A stretch of DNA of 62,995 nt, the filler included, from Octopus bimaculoides (Eukaryota), in NCBI RefSeq assembly GCF_001194135.2. It is 5 parts of 5 records of this genome, joined end to end, with 100 filler letters (N's around TTAATTAATTAA, not from the genome) between each part and the next. Parts side by side here need not be neighbours in the genome. Positions count along the whole stretch, not along the records: positions 24,753 to 54,143 come from NC_068990.1; positions 54,244 to 58,020 come from NC_068998.1; positions 58,121 to 62,995 come from NC_068983.1; 2 more parts are not named here. One strand, given 5' to 3'. The notes under the pieces were generated by a model. The model searched no databases. It was not told the DNA's origin and was given only the letters and a program-made list of their open reading frames with translations. Both the position numbers and the translations under genes were made by a program. Of the stretch, positions 53,865-62,995 are shown in pieces (position 1 is the stretch's first letter; each line of letters begins with the position of its first letter).

Positions 53865-54143
53865 TTCTATGACACCCTCTTGCAAACTACCTCGTCGACG
53901 AGTGACAGGGACCTTCTCTTTGTGGCTAGAGACTTCAATGGTCATGTCGGACGTCGTGCTGGAGGCTTCCATGGCATACATGGAGGCTATGGCTTCGGTT
54001 CCCGCAATGAGGAGGGAGCCAGACTGCTGGAGTTCTGTGATGCAACCGATCTTATGGTCTGCAATACCAACTTCAGGAAACCTGCCAGTCACCTAGTCAC
54101 CTACCGCTCCGGCAGACACTCTAGCCAAATCGACTACATCCTC
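53865..54143 (+). mobile_element. RTE-type LINE apurinic endonuclease fragment (cut by the spacer)
   Basis: FYDTLLQ...LLFVARDFNGHVG...HGGYGFGSRNEEGARLLEFC...LMVCNTNFRK...VTYRSGRHSSQIDYIL contains the GDFNxHVG-like and QIDYIL EEP motifs. Confidence 0.88.
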
Positions 54144-54243
54144 NNNNNNNNNNNNNNNNNNNNNNNNNNNNNNNNNNNNNNNNNNNNTTAATTAATTAAN
54201 NNNNNNNNNNNNNNNNNNNNNNNNNNNNNNNNNNNNNNNNNNN
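54144..54243. other. Artificial 100-bp scaffold spacer
   Basis: 44 N + TTAATTAATTAA + 44 N. Confidence 0.95.
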
Positions 54244-54692
54244 TATATATATATATATATACATATGCATACGTATATGTATGTATATGTGTGTGTCTAT
54301 GTTTGTGCGTGTCTTTGTGCGTGTGAGCGCGCGTGTGTGCGTTTGTGTGTGCGTGCCTTCTTTCTGTGTTCTTTGGATATCTCAAAGAATTTCGTCTAAC
54401 TTTCTACTCACAATGGTTGGTTATTAGATGTTCCTCACACGTAACACGATATCGGCGTTTTTCCCGGGAAAGAGGAAACCTACAAGCAAGATTGACATTA
54501 TTCTTCGGATTTTTCATTATGAATTTCAATGTCTATGGAGCTGTCCAAACTAAGAATCACCCGCTGGTCTTTACCATTATTGGCTCTTCCTGGTTGTTTG
54601 GAAGATTTGAGGAATAACACAAAAAAAAAATGCAAGACTGCATTTAAAAATTGGTAAGATTTAGAATATAGACCTTATAATAATGATGATTA

Positions 54693-54766
<74 letters not shown>

Positions 54767-54789
54767 ATAATAATAATAATAATAATAAT

Positions 54790-54975
54790 AATCCTTTCTA
54801 CTCAAGACACAAGGCCTGAAATTTAGTGGGAAGGGACTAGACGATTACATCGACCCCAGTGTTTAACTGGTTCTTAATTTATCGACCCCGAAAGAATAAA
54901 AGGCGAAGTCGACCTCGGCGGAATTTGAACTCAGAACGTAGCGGCAGACGAAATGCCGCTAAGCATTTCTCGTTG
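54790..54975 (-). mobile_element. tRNA-derived SINE, family A, with (ATT)n tail
   Basis: Reverse complement of the family A core and tail, embedded between (AGT)n/(AAT)n and (AAT)n tracts. Confidence 0.8.
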
Positions 54976-54986
54976 CCTTATTAATG

Positions 54987-55061
<75 letters not shown>

Positions 55062-55088
55062 GCTTCTGATCGTAATTGATTGGAAGTG

Positions 55089-55800
55089 TTATCATGTAGG
55101 CCATTAGGCCAGATATAGTTATCAGAGATCATCAAGAAAAAAAATGTTTTCTAATTAATGTATCAATACCAACAGATGACAATGTTTCTCTAAAAGAAAC
55201 GGAGAAACGGTAGTGAATCGCCCCTTTTATAGGTTGTGTGGCCTCAAAAATGAAACGGTCTCACGTATTGTGAGTGAATGTAGCAAACTGGCTCAAAAGG
55301 AATACAAAAAGAGGCATGATAACGTAGCAAAGTATGTTCAGTGGAGAATGTGGGAGAAGAATGACCTTGAAAGGACATTGAAATGGTACGAGCACAAACC
55401 AGAAGCTATCACAGAGAATAATGAGCATAAGATCTTATGGGATTTTACAATGCAGTGTGACTCAGTGAATAATGTTAGAATACCAGACATTGTTGTAGTG
55501 GACAAAAGGGAGAACAAGATCAAAAATATTGCCATACCTGGAGGTATACGACTGGATGACAAAGAACTGGAGAAGATTGAGTAGTGGCCACTACAAGATG
55601 AAGGTGCATGAATGGGGGGGGGCAATGGAAAAAGTAACTGTCGTCCTAGTTGTTGAACGAACACTGGGAGCATGAACAACAACCGGGTCTAAGGAATTTG
55701 TTGGAGAAATTGGGATTGACATGAGGGAATAACATACTTTGAAAACTGTTTTTCTGGGGACAGTGAGGATGTTGAGATTGGTACTTGGGTGTTAAGGATC
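55089..55800 (+). mobile_element. R4/Dong-type non-LTR retrotransposon C-terminal fragments (zinc knuckle and restriction-like endonuclease)
   Basis: RPDIVIRDHQEKKCFLINVSIPTDDNVSLKETEK at about 55089-55207, then RLCGLKNETVSRIVSECSKLAQKEYKKRHDNVAK...KILWDF...RIPDIVVVDK...KELEKIE at 55213-55584; degraded downstream. Confidence 0.8.
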
Positions 55801-55998
55801 ATGGAAAGAGAATCGGTGAAACACTTGATAGAAATGCTGTCAGAATGAACTGGAACAAGTAAAATCGAGAACTCTGAGAAGGGAAATGGAAATAATAATG
55901 AAATTGTCAATGTTGAGATATAAAAATTCTAAAAATTAAAAGTAAAAGAAATCTTCATTATCACGTCATCATCATTATCATCATCATCATCACAATTG

Positions 55999-56042
<44 letters not shown>

Positions 56043-57034
56043 ATTTTAATGGTAGAATCCCAGTGTGACTAATTATTGCCTGTGCAAGGTCCCTTATATG
56101 TTGCTCAATAGTGTTGCTAATACTATTGCTGTGTTTCATTGAATTCTACCCTTTTTTCAATTTGAACATAATTTAGGATAAAATATTATTAATCTATATT
56201 TTTACTTCGTTTTTTTTTTGTTTATAAATATTTTTCTTTATTTTGACTACACTTTCTTCTTATTCTTCCCACTTTCCTTGTCTTCATTTATGTCATCATT
56301 GTTACTGCTATTATTAATATTATCATTCTTATTATAAATATCATCACCATCATTATATTTCCGAGAGTTTCATATATCTTTCTTCCTGCCGTATAAGCAA
56401 CATTGTCCTTTAGAGACTAGAACTTCGCTTGTAAGCAATTACAACTGTTTTACCTTATGACGAGGTTTGTTTTTTGTGTTACTTATGGCTTTTCAATGTA
56501 TCGTATGTTTTCTATATAGAACAAGTATCGCATAAGTTCTGTTATTACGTTCTGTTAGTTAATCATTGTTTGAAATATGTTGTTTAAGTGCTACTGACCA
56601 TATATTGCGAGTAGGATGGAGAGACTAGACTCAAAATTCAAGAGTGCTGTGAAGATTTCCTTTACTTTTCGGGGTTGGGGTGGCCGTCAGCTAATCACGG
56701 CTCTTCCTCTTGTCTTTATTCCAGTCTCCAGACCCCGATATACAGAGTAGGTAGAATTCCCTTGAATGGATCCTGGCTTTGATTGGACACTAATGAGTTA
56801 ACTTTTTGGCTGTTTTTATTTTTCAGTTCCACCAATAGTTGACCTATCGGTCTCAATATGGCCAACTTTGTCTGTAGGCGTTTCCATTTTTGTTATCTTC
56901 TTCCAGACCGTTCTCACCGCCCCATGCATGCATGCATGCTTGTTTGTATGTATGTATGTATGTATGTATATATGTATGTATGTATGTATGTATGCATGTA
57001 TGTGAGAGTGAGTGTGTGTGTACAGACATATATG

Positions 57035-57073
<39 letters not shown>

Positions 57074-57639
57074 TAGTGTATATATATATTTATATACACG
57101 TGTATATGTCAGTGTGTGTGTGTGTACATAATAAGTTGAAATTGCATAGACTGCGACCATTCATTCCACATTTAACACATTTCATTCAAACATTGTAATG
57201 AATGAAGCAACTTTATTTTTGTATAAGGAATAAATTATGTTCAAAAATAAAACATTGAACAATCCCGTTAACAATATGAAATTCTTTGATGTTGTTGAAC
57301 GCTATTGTATAAAACCATGCATAATTCACTCCGTTGTCTGTTTGTTATATGACGACAAAAGCAATTAATTTTGTTTTTATTTTCGTTAAATGAAACGATT
57401 TTTATTTTTCTCTATAGATTGCAACTTTATGATTCATGTGTTACGTTATTATTCGCTTTCAGCCGTTGGGTGGTTCAAGTGTTTTGAAGTGATAAAAAGT
57501 GGGAGGGAGTGGACGGGTTTATTTTATATAAAATCATATATGAAATTATATGAGTGAGTGCTGAAAAGTTCCAGGCTTTGGGAAAAAGAAAATACAGGAG
57601 GATCAAGTTAATTAGGATTTTGTTCCACATATTCCCCTA

Positions 57640-58020
57640 CCCATCATAGCTGGCCCAGCCTGTGAAACACACAGACTAAGTCTATTTATAGACATCCTCC
57701 TAAAACCCTTCCTTAAACACATAAATAGCTATATCAGAGATGACTTGGATATGCTAAATCACCTCCCAAAGAAAGTCAAGGAAGAAACAATTATGGTCTC
57801 ATTTGACGTGATTAATTTATACACCAGTATACCTCATAATTATGGACTTGAGGCAATTCAATTCTGGCTGGATCAATTCCCGAAAGAAATCCCAAACAGG
57901 ATCAGTAAAGAATTCATTACTAAATCGGTTGAATTCATCTTACGAAACAACCACTTCATGTTTGACAATACTTTCTACCGACAAAAATCCGGAATTGCTA
58001 TGGGCACTAGGGCAGCTCCA
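57640..58020 (+). mobile_element. Penelope-like element reverse transcriptase fragment (cut by the spacer)
   Basis: 127 open codons: PIIAGPACETHRLSLFIDILLKPF...VSFDVINLYTSIPH...ILRNNHFMFDNTFYRQKSGIAMGTRAAP, showing the PLE RT motifs PII, SFDV..LYTSIP and Q..GIAMG. Confidence 0.85.
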
Positions 58021-58120
58021 NNNNNNNNNNNNNNNNNNNNNNNNNNNNNNNNNNNNNNNNNNNNTTAATTAATTAANNNNNNNNNNNNNNNNNNNNNNNN
58101 NNNNNNNNNNNNNNNNNNNN
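58021..58120. other. Artificial 100-bp scaffold spacer
   Basis: 44 N + TTAATTAATTAA + 44 N. Confidence 0.95.
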
Positions 58121-58153
<33 letters not shown>

Positions 58154-58756
58154 TATACGTTCATCTACATACATATATCTATATGTGCGTGCAGTGTGTG
58201 TGGGAGGGTGTTTATGTGTAATAAGATGATTTTTGCTCTCTTCTTCATCTTTCTAGAAATAAATTTTCATTTTATTTGACTGTAAACATCATTACTACAA
58301 TATTGTCACTCTCTCTCTCTCAGATATGTCTGAACATGTAACTTTGTTCAACCTCGTGCACCCTCCAAATCGTCTCCACTAACTACATCTGCTGGCTGGA
58401 AAGTTAATTGACTGTCCTATGGTAAATATCCTCTGTGGGTACACAGATACATACATATANNNNNNNNNNNNNNNNNNNNNNNNNNNNNNNNNNNNNNNNN
58501 NNNNNNNNNNNNNNNNNNNNNNNNNNNNNNNNNNNNNNNNNNNNNNCACAAAAGCCGTCAGATTCACTTCAACATTTAAATTTAATTTGTTAAAACGACG
58601 AAAATATTTTGACAAATTAAATTTAAATGTTGAAGTGAATCTGACGGCTTTTGTGTGTTATTTTAAATGGCTTATAAACACCTTCCACGCTGCAATTGTT
58701 TTCGTTCCAGCACACGATCTCAGATCAGGTCACTTGCTATGCAAGTACATCTCCGT

Positions 58757-58793
<37 letters not shown>

Positions 58794-60874
58794 ATATATA
58801 CGTATATGAATGTGCGCGCCAGCTCACAAATTAGAACCAGTGCTAAGAAGGAACACTGTATGATTCGTTTCCTTGGTCGGACCTTCGGTGACTAATGCAG
58901 CTCACATGAGGAGGCTTTGCTAGAAATTTACAGGAAATGTACTAAGACCCATCGAATGGGAGATGAGCTCAGAGTAAGATCTACTACAATCAAGCAACAA
59001 AGGGGGAGTCATAGAAGTAAACGAGACAAGGATGCGCGCACATTGAGAACTTTGTCAGAACATCCATCAGAAGTCGGAAAACTGAGTATCGTAATCTCCC
59101 ACAATCCAGTATGCCAACTTGGTTGGTGAAAACTAGGAGAAAGAAGGACGAACGTAAAACCTCCCTTTGATGTTCCCATCGATTGTCTTGATCTTTTCTT
59201 GTTACTGGAACACAGTGGCTGATATATAGGGAGTAGTCTTCGTGTTCTGTTACAATAACCTCTAGAGCTACAGGTTCTTTCATACACCGAAATACATAAT
59301 GCCTCACATAACTGGTACAATTGATAATTGAACAATTGTATGAGGAATATGACAAAATAATTACTTTAAACCATACTACTCTCTTAAAGTTCTTTGTAGA
59401 TGGGTGTGTTACCATGTATGCAGACTAGAGGTGTTGGAAGCATACAATCACAAACTTGCACATTGTGTGGTAGATTTATTTTAATTTCATTATCTTGGAT
59501 AGTATCTTATGTGAGGGAGAATCATTATTTACTGGGAAGGAATGAGAAAAAGTGTACCATGCATTGTCTGCATCACAAGCAGTTTGATTTATCGCTGATG
59601 AATTGTTGCAGACAAACATGCACTTCATGGTTGTCTCAGTGTCTCAATGCCGATTTAGATTCGGTACAAACACCAATGTTGATATTTGATGTCGGACTGT
59701 TACAAGATAAATGCATAGAGCAAAGACTTCTTTCGAACTTTTGGTTCATCTAACGTAGGCCTTTGAATCTTTGAACAGAAAAATTTTGTGAAGCATTTGA
59801 AAACGGTGGGGTGAGCATTTTAGTTGATTTTTGCTTGTCCAACTACACATCGGTATGAAGATCTTCCTTCAAGTCTTTCTTGAAACCTATTGTATTGGAC
59901 AATGGAGCTAAATTGAAAGATATACCTACACCAGCTCTGTTTTGTATCTATATATTTGGCTGTGGTGATTTCCCATACATTTAGAGACTGTAATCCACGC
60001 ATTTTTGTACGCTATCCAAGCCATCACTGGAACTGTAAATATCTGTAAAACTTTCCCGAAATTTATCATTTAAATATATATGAGCATATCTAGACATGCA
60101 ATTATATGCATCAGAATACATACATAAAACATACAAAACTGCACATATATACATGCATGCATACATACATGCATACATACATACATACAAACAAAGAAAA
60201 ATACCCTGTTGTTGGTGTTGAAATTCCAATGAAAGAGCCTTGGATCTAGGTTAGAAACCGGTTCTTTCTCTGTTTGCAAGAAATCTTGAAATAAATTGAA
60301 TAATGACATATATACATGCATACATACATACATACATACACACACACATACATACATACGTACATACATACATACATACATACACACACACATACATACA
60401 TACATACATACATACATACATACATACACATATATGCATACATACAGCTACTCTATCCAGATTACTAGTTCGGGATTATACCTTTAATTACCTGGGATAT
60501 GTATCACACTTCTTAAATATCAATCTTGAGAAATTAGGATTCTCGAAACCAGAAAGGAAAAATCTGATTCGAAAACTGCAAACACAAGTCATCATTGGAA
60601 CTGAAAAAATCTGTAAAACTTTCCAGAAGATTATCACTTAATATATATGAGCATATCTTGAGATGCAATTATATGCATGAGAATACATGCAAAAACAAAA
60701 CACACAAATCTGCACATATACATATATACAAAAATACCCTGTTGATATTGTTGAAATTCCAATGAAGAAGCCTTGGATCTAGGTTAGAAACCGACTCTTT
60801 TTCTGTGGCATGAAGTCTTGAAATAAAACTGAATAATGGCATGCATACATACATACATACGTACATACATACAT

Positions 60875-60913
<39 letters not shown>

Positions 60914-60929
60914 TACATACATACATACA

Positions 60930-60960
<31 letters not shown>

Positions 60961-62164
60961 CATGGCACCGTCAGCATAACTCCGTTTAAGTTGCCTCTTT
61001 GAACTTTTCCTTCTGCACTTATACCGATTCTTGTGGCCTAAATCAATAACTGGTTTACTTCTGAATTAATAAAAAGAAATAACTCTGCTCAACTTTCTCT
61101 GTAATTGTTAATGCGACCATCACACGATGCACACGTTCCTTCCAAACATTGCTGTAAACAGCGAAAGTGAGCTAGAACTTTAAAATTTAGTGTGCATGTA
61201 TAGCAGAGTCCAAGGTCAATTTGTACCAAGCCGCATCACTCTATGTGTTTTAGCTTCATTAATATGACAACAGTCTGAATAGTTATTGATTAGACCACGT
61301 ATATGTGTCGGTGTTTTTGTGTTTGTAGACAGCGACTATATGTGAATTATGTATGTATGTATGTATGTATGTATGTATGTATGTTGTATTTTATCGTGTA
61401 AGTGTGTGTAAGTGTATGTGTATGTATGTTGGGATAAGTTTCTGTATGTATGTGTAAGCTGTTAAGCAAGCTTGTAAGTTTTTGAAAGTTTACATTGTAT
61501 GAGACGTGATGCTGTGTATGAGTGTATATGTCTTGCAAACAACTACCAGTTGTGCTACCAGTCAAGAACTCCGCATACCGGAAGCCAGCAAGTGTATGGG
61601 GTGATCAGGAGAGAATGCGCGCCGTTTCGGGGCCTATCTCTCGACGGCATCAATGCGCACCGGCCCCCCTTACTGATATGAAGCCACGCTTGCTAGATCA
61701 ACTGATTATTAACACAAATCTCAATATTTCTCTAGCCATCGCTCATCGTCTCTTTTTAACCAAATCCAGTGGCTAGCCTTCTCCACTGTAGTTTGGATAT
61801 CGGTAATGGTGGTATTTACCTTACGNNNNNNNNNNGTAGTTTGGATATCGGTAATGGTGGTATTTACCTTACGATGAGTTAGGCCTAACGATAACAGCAG
61901 TTGTTTCACACTGTTTCCTACAAATCCTCTACATCCGACTTCGATTATAATTATAATTGCATGCGTGAATGAGTGTATTTGATATGAATTGCGTGTAATA
62001 TGTGACTGCAGGCTGTGTTTACCTGTAAGTCCTTCAAATTGATATGTTTATAAGGCTGTCTATGCATCCGTATCTGTAATCCATGATAGCCGTGTTGAAT
62101 ACCTAGGTGCATATGCGTCTATAGATAGTATACAGCTTAAAGGGGTACATGTTTGAATATTGTA

Positions 62165-62378
62165 TGAGTAGGTGCTGAAAGTTCCTAGCTTTAAGGGTAT
62201 CGCAAAAGGGTTGGTTGGAGGCTCAACCTTCCGACTTATTCCACAGGGCTTAGAAAAACTAAAAGACCACTACAATAAGTGTGTGAATCTGAGAGAAAAA
62301 TATGTTGGAATAAAATCATTTATTAACTATATCATTTTTTACCCAAAGCCAGGAACATTTCCTTTTCAGCACCCCTCA
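62165..62378 (+). mobile_element. Internally deleted mariner derivative (MITE)
   Basis: TIRs TGAGTAGGTGCTGAAAGTTCCTAGCTTT and AAAGCCAGGAAC...TTTTCAGCACCCCTCA; internal LEKLKDHYNKCVNLREKYVG resembles a mariner C-terminus. Solo ends of the same family at about 5913-5945 and 57551-57580. Confidence 0.7.
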
Positions 62379-62381
62379 TGT

Positions 62382-62414
<33 letters not shown>

Positions 62415-62726
62415 AAGANNNNNNNNNNTATATATATATATATATATGGTTCCGTGTTCAATCACTAGTTTAGTCTCACCGCGAGGTACCTTCTACTATA
62501 GATCTGGGCCGAGCAAAGACTTATGAGTGGATTTGGTAGACGGTAACTGATAGAAGCCTGCACTATTGGTGTGTGTGTGTGTGCTCACTATTGCCGCTTG
62601 ACACCCGGTGCTGATGTGTTAATGTCCGCGTAAACTAGCAGTTCGTCATAAAGACAGATATAATAAATAAAAGGCTTTCAAAACACAGATACCGAGGTCG
62701 CTTCATTCGACAGAAAACTATTCTTC

Positions 62727-62955
62727 AAGGCAGCGAGCTGGCAGAAACGTTAGAACCCCGGGCGAAATGCTTAGCGGTATTTCGTCTGCCGTTACGTTCT
62801 GAGTTCAAATTCCGCCGAGGTCGACTTTGCTTTTCATCCTTTCGGGGTCGATTACATAAATACCAATTACGCACTGGGGATGTAATCGACTTAGTCCCTT
62901 TGTCTGCTCTTGTTTGCTTCCTCTACGTTTAGCCCCTGTGGACAATAAAGAAATA
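62727..62955 (+). mobile_element. tRNA-derived SINE, family A head and core with an alternative tail
   Basis: Family A head and core followed by TTAGTCCCTTTGTCTG...GTTTAGCCCCTGTGGACAATAAAGAAATA. The same alternative tail occurs at about 39965-40190 (+) and 970-1100 (-). Confidence 0.8.
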
Positions 62956-62995
62956 TATATATATACATATACATACATATATATATATATATATA

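Noticed and set aside
58917-59415. Possible GIY-YIG or LINE endonuclease remnants near the Penelope RT
   Set aside because: No convincing motif in any frame, and it is separated from the RT by an artificial spacer.
61618-61680. Minus-strand CAGTAAG-GGGGCC...GGCCCC-GAAACGG, superficially hammerhead-like
   Set aside because: Lacks the CUGANGA core, and no convincing stem I or III was found.
61789-61873. 38-bp direct repeat flanking a 10-N gap (similar case at about 51330-51500)
   Set aside because: Unmerged contig overlap.

Overview
AT-rich eukaryotic (animal) genomic DNA, dense in microsatellites and SINEs, with many N gaps. The repeat landscape suggests a cephalopod, probably Octopus (inference, no database check). 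The window is not contiguous: four identical 100-bp spacers (44 N + TTAATTAATTAA + 44 N) join five separate pieces (about 1-14506, 14607-24652, 24753-54143, 54244-58020, 58121-62995). Four protein-coding genes are supported: the last two exons of a dCTP pyrophosphatase (DCTPP1-like, +, not assembled by the ORF track), an intronless mitochondrial ribosomal protein S10 gene (+), a gap-interrupted uncharacterised HEAT/ARM-repeat protein (-), and a single-coding-exon heparan sulfate 3-O-sulfotransferase (-). The rest is transposon debris (tRNA-derived SINEs; RTE, R4/Dong and Penelope-like retroelement fragments; a dead maT/DD37D-type transposase; Tc1/mariner-type MITEs), tandem repeats and several hairpins or palindromes. 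The most unusual observation is a ~270-bp element present twice (7255-7522 minus, 35749-36021 plus). It joins a tRNA-like Pol III head and an (AAT)n linker to a tail that folds as a minimal type I hammerhead ribozyme, so it is a candidate ribozyme-bearing SINE possibly mobilised by Penelope-like elements. A Penelope-type RT fragment with an uninterrupted frame also occurs in the window.
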